Assembly: GCA_051294375.1 (NCBI GenBank)
Contig: CM119269.1
Location: 3,456,810-3,520,809, forward strand
DNA: 64,000 bases
Origin: Paraspadella gotoi
Lineage: Eukaryota; Animalia; Chaetognatha
Direction: 5' to 3'
Below, in pieces: positions 39,580 to 53,635 of the stretch. The notes below the pieces were generated by a model. That model was not told the DNA's origin. It did not search any database and was given only the letters and a program-made list of their open reading frames with translations. Every line of letters starts with the position of its first letter. Within the stretch, counting starts at the first letter, position 1. The position numbers were made by a program, and so were the translations under genes.

Positions 39580-39686
39580 CTTGTGACGAAAACCACCTTT
39601 CAAGAAGCGGCCAGTCTATTTGGAAACGGGTTTCTCGGACTAAATAGATGGGGGGCATTCACGCGGAATTTTTGACGCTTGTTGGA
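39580..39686 (-). CDS. Possible small exon, unknown product
   Basis: Strong acceptor tttatttcctttcAG and donor-like caag|GTagtt (readable on + at ~53083-53210). With one indel corrected it reads SNKRQKFRVNAPHLLVRETRFQIDWPLLERWFSSQ. The + strand is also open (39490-39675). Confidence 0.22.
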
Positions 39687-40628
39687 CTGAAAGGAAATAA
39701 AAATTTTTAAAAAAAAGAAGCCTATAATCGTACAGGATCGGTCTTCACAGCGCTTTCATTTTTTTTTACTCGTGTGATACAAAGTTTGAAAATTTTGAAC
39801 ATTTCAACAAAACTGAGAGAGAGAGAGAGATCGATGAGAGAAGAGAAGAGAGAGAGAGAGAGAGAGAGAGATGAGATGAGAGAGATGAGAGAGAGAGAGA
39901 GTTGCTTTGAAAGAGCAACGCGCGGTTGACACCCACTAGGCCTTCGTAAAATATTTCCTCTTTGTTCGTTCGCCAGTTTTTAAAAAAAGTGACGAGAAAT
40001 TCGGAAAAAAAACTTCAGATTCGATAAAAAGGTTTTTAATAAAGTGAAGAGAGAACGCTCGAGAAAAAAAATGGAAGAAGAAAAAACCAAACAAAACAAA
40101 ACAAAAACAAAACAAAAAACAAAGAACAAAAAAAGTCACGATCGCTTTCTTTGGATATTCTTTACCACCTTTTTACTATTCCCCACTCAAGTTCTCTATT
40201 TCATTTTAATTCTATTTTATTTAATTGGGTATCACTCTCCTAATATTCCCATTGTCATGCCATGTCACATTGCGATAATGCTCCTCTTAGTGTATCTCCA
40301 CCGCCCCTGCTCCAATTTCTCTTCCAATTCATTTGGCTCCCTTCCTATGACTTCAACCCCGCTTTTATTTTTTTTCCATTTCCTTTTTCAGTCTTTTAAA
40401 TCGTGTGTCACTTTTTCTCTTTTTTTTCGGTGAATTATTTTTTTGTCACCCTCGGTTACACTTGACTTTCTCGTGTGAATTTGGAGAATTTCCGGTTGCC
40501 TCGTCAAACGACTGTTGTGATCTTTCCTCCGCCATTGTCTTCGAAACGACCATTGCCGAGCGCACGTTTTCCATGTGCGTAATTTATTTGCCACGCCTAC
40601 TCGCCGATGGCACTGCGTTTCAAGGATT

Positions 40629-40706
<78 letters not shown>

Positions 40707-43317
40707 ATTCCGCCGATTTCAATTTTCTTTTATTTTCAGCAATAACCAACAATATACAACGAGATTTATGTGTTGACTATTATGTCTGACGAGCGGTTAT
40801 TTTCGTCAATTGACCATAACGCCTTTATAAGAGAGAGAAAGGGGAAGGATTGATAATTTGATATTAAAGTTTTTGACTTATATTGCTTAACTGTTCTCCT
40901 CCCCGTTCAGAGTCGCCGTCGATTTATCGTCTTCTGGTGACTTTAGTTCGGAAGGCAGAGATGCTCTAATCAGTTTTTTGTTTGTTTTTATCTTCCATTC
41001 TGGGATCTGATTTGTTCTCTATATTTCTTGGCTGTTTCTTTCGTCGTCTTTCGTCGTCGTCTTCGTTCGTCGTCTTTCGTTCGTCGTCTTCGTCGTCGTC
41101 TTCGTTTCGTCGTCTTCGTCGTCGTCTTCGTCGTCGTCTTCGTCGTCGTCTTCGTCTTAGTTTAATCGTTGTCTTTGTCGTCGTGTTCTCGTCGGCGGCG
41201 TTTCTTTCCTTTTTAGGGCTAAAGTTAAATCTAGATACGCCCGGCGGGTTTTTCAAATCGCGCGGGACCCTCCGGGCTTTCATTCTTTCCCGCCCTTACT
41301 TTCCCTTGATTGTCTTTTAATTTTTAGAGATTTCAAAATGCTGGAAACCCAAAATAACTATTTTTTTCGTACTTCTGTTTTCTGTTTCTCTTCTTTGACG
41401 ATTCTTTACAATTACATAATGTTTGTTTGCTTCATTTTCATTTTCTTCTTTTGTCTCCTTTTTCTCCCTTTCCTCATTTTTTTCCTTTCATCCTCCTTCA
41501 TTTTCCTCTTTTTCTTTCTCTCCTTCTTCCTTTTCCTTTCTTTATTCTTCCTTTACATTCTTTCCGGCGCCCCATACATTTTCCCGAATCCTTGAGCGAA
41601 TCTCAAAAACACGTGACGTTGTATGTCTTTACTCTACTTTCCTTTTTTTTTTCTTCTTTCCATTTTTTCATTCTTTTCTTTCCTTCCCTTCGATTTCCAC
41701 TCCATTACCACCATAACCGCTAGGAACTTAATATTTCTAACCTTCGCAAATGTTTTTATTGTCTCCGGCGAGAAATTTTTTACCTTACGATTGGTAATTT
41801 TGGTTGTGAAAATTAAAGGATTATCCTCGAAGTATACATTTTTAATCAATTCGGGAAAACTTTCTCGCTCTCACCGGTTCCCAACACTTCTGATTTTGTC
41901 TCTGAAATACGATCCGTATTTTTTTTTCTTCTCCGCCCACGAAGCCAAGAGACGCGAAGCCACTAATGGGAAGCGTCAAGCCCATGGAAAGCCTTCGTTC
42001 ATGCTATGGACGTGAAAGCAACCAGTTGGGGAAAGGGGGGGGCCAATTGCCATTGCGGACATGAGGCATTGCCATTGCTTGCTCCTTTGCCCATCGCCAA
42101 ACTTCATTGGAATAGTCGGACAATAGTTAACACTTTTGTCACACGAACATTATCACGGAACTTTCGATGGATCACTAATTAACATTTTTTAGCTACAAAT
42201 TCTAGTTTAAAATTCACTTTCCATCATTATGTTTTATACATAATCAGAGATTCATATATACCACCCCTTTCAAGCGCCACGCCGTGACAATCACCCGCGG
42301 TCCAAGAACAGTTTTCTTCCGCCTCCTCCACTTCCTCCTAGCGCTTCCTTCTCACTCCTCCTCTTCCTCCTCCTCTTCTCCTCCTTACATTTTCGTCGAC
42401 AAAATTATTTTTTCTTCTTTTGTTCTTCTTTTTCTTCCTTGAAAAAAATTTTCCATGTAAAATGGTTTTGTTTTTTTTGCTACTCATTTTCCGTCTTTTC
42501 TTTTTTTTCGATTCCAACAAAAATTGGATCTGAATTAACGACGGAGAGTTTAAACTTTTAATTTTTAAAATTAAATGTAAAGACTTGAAATACACAAAAA
42601 AAAAAAATAATAATTCACTGACTGTAGAGGTTAAAAAAATGTATTGAGAATTACAGTGCAGTTTTTCTGCCTGAATACTAAAGAAGACCAAGTTTCATTT
42701 ACCATCTCTGAACAAAAACCTGAGCCATAATTTTGAACAACCGTTTCTTTTTTTTGCCTAATTTTTTCTTCCAAACTTTTGAAATTTGTCCCTGTCCCAA
42801 TGAACCTAAAGAAATCTTGGCCGTCACGTTGCTAAGCGAAGGCAGCTACCCCTGGAGCTGTAGGAACGCCAGCGTGACAGAGACAGCAGCCTCAGCCGTG
42901 GACAGATGCAGGCGCAAGCGGTAAGTAAAACCCCAAATTATGTTCTTTCGTTGTCTTTTGAACGAGAAAAAAAAAAAAAAAAAAGCATCACGAAATGTTA
43001 CTTGCGAAGAACCAGGAAATTCGCGAGCAGTGGTTCAGTTCAGTCTTTCTAAAAATAAAAATTTATTGTTTTTTTAATTAAAATGCTTAAATGTTGATTA
43101 AAAATTTCTTGCACGGATTATTTTTTTCTCTGCCATTTCTAGTTGTTCCTACTTGGTTAAAACAGGCAAAGTGCTCCTTTTTTAAATTTTCTATCATCGC
43201 AACTCTTTTAAATCTTGTCGTCGCTCTTTAATTTGAAAAGTAAAAAAAAAATCTCCGGTTATCCCACTTAAAAAGTTTGTCCGGTTATCACCCACGAAAT
43301 TCACCTTGACACCACCG

Positions 43318-43365
<48 letters not shown>

Positions 43366-44579
43366 TCTCCTCGCTCTCTCTCTCGTCTTCTGTTACCTAA
43401 TTCTTTGGATTTTTTTTCCAATTTTGATGAAAGGTTTTGCCTTTACTTTATCGGGTTTCACAAACTTTTAAAAGGTTCACCGCTTTAATAGTCAAATTTT
43501 GCGTTACTTTTCTTCTTCCCGAGTTTTATTCTTAGCCGTCAAGTAAAAAAATGGTTAAAAACGGATTCTTAACTTTTTTTTCTTCTTTTTTTCTCTCCTT
43601 TATTTTTATCCGGAAAAACATTGAAACTTTGGAAACACTTAATTTAAGGAGGGCGGGCATCTTGTTGCGAAGACTAAACCTTGTTTCAAGCGGAAAAAAA
43701 ATAATTTGCTGTAAAAATTAAATTATTTTATCGTGAAAAATTGTTTTTTTTTTTTTTTAAGTTTTAATGGATATTTGCCACCTTTGTCTTCGGCTTTTTT
43801 TTAACTTGCGCGTGCAGCCCTTTAAATTGCTCCAAACCTTTTTAGAAATAAAAAGTAAATTTGACAGAAAAATGGAAACAATAAAAAGTTTTTTTTTTGT
43901 AAAAAAATCATTTTTTTATCTCCCCAAAAACGAAAGCACACTGTTTTTCCAGCTCGAGTGCTTTTCCATTCGAATTGGCATTCCGCTGATTTTAACAGAT
44001 TTATCTTTTTGGCGCCATTTTTCCCCAACATTTTAGTTAGGGACTTTTGAAAAAAAAAAATTTGGTGCTAAAATAGAGTAGAAGGTGTTTAATTTTTCTT
44101 CATTCTCATAATTCGAGAGAGAATCTTTTTTTTTTTGCTACATTCTCATCTTTAAGGAATTGCGAAAAAGTCGATGAGGTGAAAACGCACCAACCAAAAA
44201 AAAAATCAATACCGAGACAGAGAAATGTGAAACGAGATAAAAAAACTCTTCGTAAGAAAATGGTGAGAATTTGAACAAAAAAGGTTTTCGCGAAAAGCAA
44301 AAAGAAAAAAAGATTCGAAATCAATTATTTGGAAAGAATTCAACTTTTCATTTTGGATCGTCCAATCAAAACAAAAGTGCAATCGACCAATGAAATGATT
44401 CTGAATTGACGGACCATGTCGCGCACAAATATCAGGCTGATTCATCAAACTCTTTTAGAACCGCTTTTACTTTTATAAATGAATGAAAAATTTTTCGATC
44501 GAATAAGACACAATTTGACGAAAATTTTTTGATTTATGATTTTATTATCTGAGCTTTCTCTTATTCCATTTCCCATTCC

Positions 44580-45588
44580 AAATTCAATCCGCCGTCGCCG
44601 CCGCCGCCGCCGCCGCACGTTTGAACACCACCGCCACCGCTGCCACGCCGACGACGACCTTTCTCCCATGACCACGCCTTGGACGACGATTTCTGTCGCC
44701 TTCTCTTAAAAATTTCCATCCTGGCGTTGTTCTCGACTCTGGACAGAGACGGCGCCGGGCGCCCTTTGAGCGGCGTTCTCGAGGACGGACGTCGCCGCGT
44801 TCGACTCCGGGTCGACGACTCGGAGAATGCCGGGAGCGCCGGTTAGTGCGAGATCGACGCCGCCCCGTCATGCGGATTCGTGGAAGCCTTTCTCGCCGGA
44901 ATAACGACGACGGGATACGACCGGCGTCGTTCGTCGATCGCGGAGTCGGCGCCAATCTTTCAGACGCCGACTTTTGGCGCCCGGTTTCCACCAAGTTCCG
45001 ATTCCGGTCAACCGATCGCCGTTGTGACTCTCGATCGATCGCGTTTGACCGGGGACTAAATCGCCCGCTGACCTATCCGGCTTCGCATTGACAGAGTACG
45101 TCGTCGTCGTCGTCGTTCGTTCGTTGAGTCTTTAGCCCGCTGCTCAGTACCGCGAACAATCTTCCCTTTGCCCTCCTTGGACTCTAGGCGTCAGCGCCAT
45201 CCTTGCGTCCACTGCGGTTTGGAGCCGCGCCTCAGGTCAACGTCGGCAGCGCACTCTCCGCCACAGGTCTCCCACGCGGCGTTCTCCTGTCGCGCTGCCT
45301 CCCGACCCGACGCCTTATTCCCACGATTCAACGGTCAAACTCAACCGGCCACGCTCGCTAATCAGACCTTCCCGTTTTTACGCGAAGGAAGGACCCCGGC
45401 GCGAGGATCGAAAACGGCGCCTTTCTTCGTTTTCGCGTCGTCGATCCGCTGTCGATGATTTCCTTTCAAAGACGGCGGCGCAAATACCACGCCGGATTGA
45501 TCGAGAGATTCGGACGAAGGACGCCGCCAATAACAATCGCCAAACGAGGTTTAATCGCGTCAGAAATTCGTACTTTTCTCTTCGTGGA
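44580..45588 (+). other. Frameshifted, 3'-truncated duplicate of the 58336-59652 exon (mirror at ~47196-48204, -)
   Basis: Colinear with 58380-59387, has many indels, and breaks off at ...ttcgtgga. Confidence 0.85.
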
Positions 45589-46350
45589 CAATCTCTCTCT
45601 TTTTTTCCTTTTTTTCCCTTTTTTTCCCTACCACCCGGGAATTGAAGGGAAAAAAAGGAAGCAGTAAAGAAGGAGCTCGTTTTCGGACGATGACACTTCA
45701 TTTTTCTTTTCATTAAAATAAAAAAAGAAGAGAAGGAAAAAAAAAATCTTGGACGACTTCGGACGTGATTCGTCTCCATCGAAACGTCGATTAAATTGCC
45801 ATTTGACGTCGCGAGTCATCGTCGCCCCCGGATGTTCGAAGGCCCGGATGTTCCTGTGCCCGCTTCGTTCGTCCGCCTCCTCTGCCCGCCTCGTTCATCC
45901 ACATTCTCTGCCCATTTTCTGCGTAACAAGTTCTTGTCCGCTTCGGTTGCCCGTCTCCTCTGCTCGCCCGCCTTCCTGCCTTCTTTGCTCGCCTCTTTAC
46001 GCCCCCAACTTGTAAAGTGGCCAAAAACTTTCCGTTTGATCCCGTAACGAATCCTTTGCCCGCCTGCCCGCCTGTCTGTCCCGTCTGCCCGACCCTCCTG
46101 CCTTTCTCCCCCCCCTCTCGACTCTTGACGGGTGACAAGACTCGAAGTCTCTCGCTGAGTCGCAGACTCGTTTTTGGAAAAAAGAAAAAAAAAGAAAGAA
46201 CCCCGGCTGGTAAAGAAAGAGGCGGGAAAAAAAAAGGAAAAAAATCAGTGGCATTCTCTCTCTATCTCTCTCTTTTTCTCTTTATCACGGAAATCTCCAC
46301 GTTGACTCTTTTGCCGTCTCTCTCTCTCTCTACCTTGTTTTCTTTTCAAT

Positions 46351-46388
46351 TAATGGCGATTAATGGCGATTAATGGCAATTGCCATTT
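46351..46388. promoter_or_regulatory. Phased (TAATGGCRAT)x3 array ending in the 16-bp palindrome AATGGCAATTGCCATT
   Basis: taatggcgat taatggcgat taatggcaat tgccatt. Noisier copy at ~38411-38455. Regulatory function is inferred only. Confidence 0.35.
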
Positions 46389-47178
46389 CGGGGAAATCTC
46401 TTCAAGATTTGATTCTTCTTCTAATCTTTTTTAATGACGGAGAAAAACGGTTTTTTTTTCAGATTTTTAAAGTAAAGCGGAAAAGTTTTTGTCCTTTTGT
46501 CTTTCGAGTCGCCCGTATTTTCCTTTTTTTTATTAATCCATTCGTCTGTCCGTTGTCGAGACGTTAGTCCATCTACCACCCTCAACGAAAAAAAAAACCC
46601 CTTTTTCCTATGTTTTTGACGCTTCATACTTCATTCATTTCTTTTCAATGAAAAATAAATGTAAATTTGTTTGGAGGAGATACAAATTTTTCGAATATCT
46701 TTTTTTCAATTGCTTTTTTTTTTTTTTGCTTTTTTTTTCAGTGACTTTTTACCTTGGAGCGAAACGTTCGCCTCATCAATCGGCGGCCTTTTTTTGATGT
46801 TGGATACAGTGATCGACGATTAATTCTCTTCACCCGAGGGAGGGGTACAGTCGGTGCTTGAGACATTTTTTAATCTACAGGATAAGCTTATAAGTTTTTC
46901 TTATTTTTTTTTATCTATTTGGGTTGAAAATTAGCGTTTATCATTTGGTTTGGAAAATGAAAATATTAGGCCCTAACCTTTCCACTAAAATAAAAAACAC
47001 ACAAAAAAATAAAAATAAAACGAAATTAAAAGATGCAATAATCAAAGAATCAACAATAAACAATTCACAAAAATAGACATGTTGAATTAAGGTTGTTTCA
47101 ACTTGTGACGTAAGGAAACCTGCTGGGATTAAAACAGAAAAAAGTTACCTTTTNNNNNNNNNNNNNNNNNNNNNNNNN

Positions 47179-49418
47179 AAAAAAGAGAGAGATTGTCCAC
47201 GAAGAGAAAAGTACGAATTTCTGACGCGATTAAACCTCGTTTGGCGATTGTTATTGGCGGCGTCCTTCGTCCGAATCTCTCGATCAATCCGGCGTGGTAT
47301 TTGCGCCGCCGTCTTTGAAAGGAAATCATCGACAGCGGATCGACGACGCGAAAACGAAGAAAGGCGCCGTTTTCGATCCTCGCGCCGGGGTCCTTCCTTC
47401 GCGTAAAAACGGGAAGGTCTGATTAGCGAGCGTGGCCGGTTGAGTTTGACCGTTGAATCGTGGGAATAAGGCGTCGGGTCGGGAGGCAGCGCGACAGGAG
47501 AACGCCGCGTGGGAGACCTGTGGCGGAGAGTGCGCTGCCGACGTTGACCTGAGGCGCGGCTCCAAACCGCAGTGGACGCAAGGATGGCGCTGACGCCTAG
47601 AGTCCAAGGAGGGCAAAGGGAAGATTGTTCGCGGTACTGAGCAGCGGGCTAAAGACTCAACGAACGAACGACGACGACGACGACGTACTCTGTCAATGCG
47701 AAGCCGGATAGGTCAGCGGGCGATTTAGTCCCCGGTCAAACGCGATCGATCGAGAGTCACAACGGCGATCGGTTGACCGGAATCGGAACTTGGTGGAAAC
47801 CGGGCGCCAAAAGTCGGCGTCTGAAAGATTGGCGCCGACTCCGCGATCGACGAACGACGCCGGTCGTATCCCGTCGTCGTTATTCCGGCGAGAAAGGCTT
47901 CCACGAATCCGCATGACGGGGCGGCGTCGATCTCGCACTAACCGGCGCTCCCGGCATTCTCCGAGTCGTCGACCCGGAGTCGAACGCGGCGACGTCCGTC
48001 CTCGAGAACGCCGCTCAAAGGGCGCCCGGCGCCGTCTCTGTCCAGAGTCGAGAACAACGCCAGGATGGAAATTTTTAAGAGAAGGCGACAGAAATCGTCG
48101 TCCAAGGCGTGGTCATGGGAGAAAGGTCGTCGTCGGCGTGGCAGCGGTGGCGGTGGTGTTCAAACGTGCGGCGGCGGCGGCGGCGGCGACGGCGGATTGA
48201 ATTTGGAATGGGAAATGGAATAAGAGAAAGCTCAGATAATAAAATCATAAATCAAAAAATTTTCGTCAAATTGTGTCTTATTCGATCGAAAAATTTTTCA
48301 TTCATTTATAAAAGTAAAAGCGGTTCTAAAAGAGTTTGATGAATCAGCCTGATATTTGTGCGCGACATGGTCCGTCAATTCAGAATCATTTCATTGGTCG
48401 ATTGCACTTTTGTTTTGATTGGACGATCCAAAATGAAAAGTTGAATTCTTTCCAAATAATTGATTTCGAATCTTTTTTTCTTTTTGCTTTTCGCGAAAAC
48501 CTTTTTTGTTCAAATTCTCACCATTTTCTTACGAAGAGTTTTTTTATCTCGTTTCACATTTCTCTGTCTCGGTATTGATTTTTTTTTTGGTTGGTGCGTT
48601 TTCACCTCATCGACTTTTTCGCAATTCCTTAAAGATGAGAATGTAGCAAAAAAAAAAAGATTCTCTCTCGAATTATGAGAATGAAGAAAAATTAAACACC
48701 TTCTACTCTATTTTAGCACCAAATTTTTTTTTTTCAAAAGTCCCTAACTAAAATGTTGGGGAAAAATGGCGCCAAAAAGATAAATCTGTTAAAATCAGCG
48801 GAATGCCAATTCGAATGGAAAAGCACTCGAGCTGGAAAAACAGTGTGCTTTCGTTTTTGGGGAGATAAAAAAATGATTTTTTTACAAAAAAAAAACTTTT
48901 TATTGTTTCCATTTTTCTGTCAAATTTACTTTTTATTTCTAAAAAGGTTTGGAGCAATTTAAAGGGCTGCACGCGCAAGTTAAAAAAAAGCCGAAGACAA
49001 AGGTGGCAAATATCCATTAAAACTTAAAAAAAAAAAAAAACAATTTTTCACGATAAAATAATTTAATTTTTACAGCAAATTATTTTTTTTCCGCTTGAAA
49101 CAAGGTTTAGTCTTCGCAACAAGATGCCCGCCCTCCTTAAATTAAGTGTTTCCAAAGTTTCAATGTTTTTCCGGATAAAAATAAAGGAGAGAAAAAAAGA
49201 AGAAAAAAAAGTTAAGAATCCGTTTTTAACCATTTTTTTACTTGACGGCTAAGAATAAAACTCGGGAAGAAGAAAAGTAACGCAAAATTTGACTATTAAA
49301 GCGGTGAACCTTTTAAAAGTTTGTGAAACCCGATAAAGTAAAGGCAAAACCTTTCATCAAAATTGGAAAAAAAATCCAAAGAATTAGGTAACAGAAGACG
49401 AGAGAGAGAGCGAGGAGA

Positions 49419-49466
<48 letters not shown>

Positions 49467-52077
49467 CGGTGGTGTCAAGGTGAATTTCGTGGGTGATAAC
49501 CGGACAAACTTTTTAAGTGGGATAACCGGAGATTTTTTTTTTACTTTTCAAATTAAAGAGCGACGACAAGATTTAAAAGAGTTGCGATGATAGAAAATTT
49601 AAAAAAGGAGCACTTTGCCTGTTTTAACCAAGTAGGAACAACTAGAAATGGCAGAGAAAAAAATAATCCGTGCAAGAAATTTTTAATCAACATTTAAGCA
49701 TTTTAATTAAAAAAACAATAAATTTTTATTTTTAGAAAGACTGAACTGAACCACTGCTCGCGAATTTCCTGGTTCTTCGCAAGTAACATTTCGTGATGCT
49801 TTTTTTTTTTTTTTTTTCTCGTTCAAAAGACAACGAAAGAACATAATTTGGGGTTTTACTTACCGCTTGCGCCTGCATCTGTCCACGGCTGAGGCTGCTG
49901 TCTCTGTCACGCTGGCGTTCCTACAGCTCCAGGGGTAGCTGCCTTCGCTTAGCAACGTGACGGCCAAGATTTCTTTAGGTTCATTGGGACAGGGACAAAT
50001 TTCAAAAGTTTGGAAGAAAAAATTAGGCAAAAAAAAGAAACGGTTGTTCAAAATTATGGCTCAGGTTTTTGTTCAGAGATGGTAAATGAAACTTGGTCTT
50101 CTTTAGTATTCAGGCAGAAAAACTGCACTGTAATTCTCAATACATTTTTTTAACCTCTACAGTCAGTGAATTATTATTTTTTTTTTTTGTGTATTTCAAG
50201 TCTTTACATTTAATTTTAAAAATTAAAAGTTTAAACTCTCCGTCGTTAATTCAGATCCAATTTTTGTTGGAATCGAAAAAAAAGAAAAGACGGAAAATGA
50301 GTAGCAAAAAAAACAAAACCATTTTACATGGAAAATTTTTTTCAAGGAAGAAAAAGAAGAACAAAAGAAGAAAAAATAATTTTGTCGACGAAAATGTAAG
50401 GAGGAGAAGAGGAGGAGGAAGAGGAGGAGTGAGAAGGAAGCGCTAGGAGGAAGTGGAGGAGGCGGAAGAAAACTGTTCTTGGACCGCGGGTGATTGTCAC
50501 GGCGTGGCGCTTGAAAGGGGTGGTATATATGAATCTCTGATTATGTATAAAACATAATGATGGAAAGTGAATTTTAAACTAGAATTTGTAGCTAAAAAAT
50601 GTTAATTAGTGATCCATCGAAAGTTCCGTGATAATGTTCGTGTGACAAAAGTGTTAACTATTGTCCGACTATTCCAATGAAGTTTGGCGATGGGCAAAGG
50701 AGCAAGCAATGGCAATGCCTCATGTCCGCAATGGCAATTGGCCCCCCCCTTTCCCCAACTGGTTGCTTTCACGTCCATAGCATGAACGAAGGCTTTCCAT
50801 GGGCTTGACGCTTCCCATTAGTGGCTTCGCGTCTCTTGGCTTCGTGGGCGGAGAAGAAAAAAAAATACGGATCGTATTTCAGAGACAAAATCAGAAGTGT
50901 TGGGAACCGGTGAGAGCGAGAAAGTTTTCCCGAATTGATTAAAAATGTATACTTCGAGGATAATCCTTTAATTTTCACAACCAAAATTACCAATCGTAAG
51001 GTAAAAAATTTCTCGCCGGAGACAATAAAAACATTTGCGAAGGTTAGAAATATTAAGTTCCTAGCGGTTATGGTGGTAATGGAGTGGAAATCGAAGGGAA
51101 GGAAAGAAAAGAATGAAAAAATGGAAAGAAGAAAAAAAAAAGGAAAGTAGAGTAAAGACATACAACGTCACGTGTTTTTGAGATTCGCTCAAGGATTCGG
51201 GAAAATGTATGGGGCGCCGGAAAGAATGTAAAGGAAGAATAAAGAAAGGAAAAGGAAGAAGGAGAGAAAGAAAAAGAGGAAAATGAAGGAGGATGAAAGG
51301 AAAAAAATGAGGAAAGGGAGAAAAAGGAGACAAAAGAAGAAAATGAAAATGAAGCAAACAAACATTATGTAATTGTAAAGAATCGTCAAAGAAGAGAAAC
51401 AGAAAACAGAAGTACGAAAAAAATAGTTATTTTGGGTTTCCAGCATTTTGAAATCTCTAAAAATTAAAAGACAATCAAGGGAAAGTAAGGGCGGGAAAGA
51501 ATGAAAGCCCGGAGGGTCCCGCGCGATTTGAAAAACCCGCCGGGCGTATCTAGATTTAACTTTAGCCCTAAAAAGGAAAGAAACGCCGCCGACGAGAACA
51601 CGACGACAAAGACAACGATTAAACTAAGACGAAGACGACGACGAAGACGACGACGAAGACGACGACGAAGACGACGAAACGAAGACGACGACGAAGACGA
51701 CGAACGAAAGACGACGAACGAAGACGACGACGAAAGACGACGAAAGAAACAGCCAAGAAATATAGAGAACAAATCAGATCCCAGAATGGAAGATAAAAAC
51801 AAACAAAAAACTGATTAGAGCATCTCTGCCTTCCGAACTAAAGTCACCAGAAGACGATAAATCGACGGCGACTCTGAACGGGGAGGAGAACAGTTAAGCA
51901 ATATAAGTCAAAAACTTTAATATCAAATTATCAATCCTTCCCCTTTCTCTCTCTTATAAAGGCGTTATGGTCAATTGACGAAAATAACCGCTCGTCAGAC
52001 ATAATAGTCAACACATAAATCTCGTTGTATATTGTTGGTTATTGCTGAAAATAAAAGAAAATTGAAATCGGCGGAAT

Positions 52078-52155
<78 letters not shown>

Positions 52156-53400
52156 AATCCTTGAAACGCAGTGCCATCGGCGAGTAGGCGTGGCAAATAA
52201 ATTACGCACATGGAAAACGTGCGCTCGGCAATGGTCGTTTCGAAGACAATGGCGGAGGAAAGATCACAACAGTCGTTTGACGAGGCAACCGGAAATTCTC
52301 CAAATTCACACGAGAAAGTCAAGTGTAACCGAGGGTGACAAAAAAATAATTCACCGAAAAAAAAGAGAAAAAGTGACACACGATTTAAAAGACTGAAAAA
52401 GGAAATGGAAAAAAAATAAAAGCGGGGTTGAAGTCATAGGAAGGGAGCCAAATGAATTGGAAGAGAAATTGGAGCAGGGGCGGTGGAGATACACTAAGAG
52501 GAGCATTATCGCAATGTGACATGGCATGACAATGGGAATATTAGGAGAGTGATACCCAATTAAATAAAATAGAATTAAAATGAAATAGAGAACTTGAGTG
52601 GGGAATAGTAAAAAGGTGGTAAAGAATATCCAAAGAAAGCGATCGTGACTTTTTTTGTTCTTTGTTTTTTGTTTTGTTTTTGTTTTGTTTTGTTTGGTTT
52701 TTTCTTCTTCCATTTTTTTTCTCGAGCGTTCTCTCTTCACTTTATTAAAAACCTTTTTATCGAATCTGAAGTTTTTTTTCCGAATTTCTCGTCACTTTTT
52801 TTAAAAACTGGCGAACGAACAAAGAGGAAATATTTTACGAAGGCCTAGTGGGTGTCAACCGCGCGTTGCTCTTTCAAAGCAACTCTCTCTCTCTCTCATC
52901 TCTCTCATCTCATCTCTCTCTCTCTCTCTCTCTCTCTTCTCTTCTCTCATCGATCTCTCTCTCTCTCTCAGTTTTGTTGAAATGTTCAAAATTTTCAAAC
53001 TTTGTATCACACGAGTAAAAAAAAATGAAAGCGCTGTGAAGACCGATCCTGTACGATTATAGGCTTCTTTTTTTTAAAAATTTTTATTTCCTTTCAGTCC
53101 AACAAGCGTCAAAAATTCCGCGTGAATGCCCCCCATCTATTTAGTCCGAGAAACCCGTTTCCAAATAGACTGGCCGCTTCTTGAAAGGTGGTTTTCGTCA
53201 CAAGGTAGTTTACCCCTAAAACGGCCCCCGTCACGGATTCCCAGGGCCCGTGGGCGGAAAAGACCGCGCCGGGCAGGACTCCTTTGAGAACCAAGTTAAA
53301 AAGGATCCAAATCTTATTCGTGCCAACTTTTCCTTCAAATAAAATTTCTTGTGCGGAGGATTTTTTCGGTATTTAATTTTTCTCGTGGATTAATAAACTG

Positions 53401-53448
<48 letters not shown>

Positions 53449-53548
53449 GAGATGAGAGAGAGAGAGAGAGAGAGAAGACTCTTTGTCGTTTTCGAAATCT
53501 TATGATAATAATTCGAAGGGCATCGTACGCCTTTCTTTTTTTCTTTAA
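47179..53548 (-). repeat. Right arm of the inverted repeat (RC of 39236-45605)
   Basis: Starts immediately after the 25-N gap and ends ...ctttttttctttaa at 53548, where forward sequence equivalent to ~39680 resumes. Confidence 0.97.
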
Positions 53549-53635
53549 TGTTGGACTGAAAGGAAAATAAATTTTAAAAAAGAAGCCAATAATCGTAACA
53601 AGATCGGTCTTCACAGCTTCATTTTTTTTTACTCG

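Larger units (their letters stand above)
39236..45605 (+). repeat. Left arm of a 6370-bp inverted repeat with no net indel
   Basis: The ORF-track entries I checked mirror with identical translation and constant coordinate sum 92784 (39490+53294, 41623+51161, 45168+47616). Confidence 0.97.

Noticed and set aside
41040-41160. Regular ttcgtcgtcgtc repeats as a CRISPR-like array or an acidic coding repeat
   Set aside because: Compound trinucleotide microsatellite with no unique spacers. The acidic frame has stops in the cleaner copy (~55015).
39236-53548. Giant TIR/Foldback-type transposon with 6.4-kb arms
   Set aside because: The arms are ordinary host exon and intron DNA, the spacer duplicates the flank, there is no transposase or TSD, and one boundary is an N-gap.
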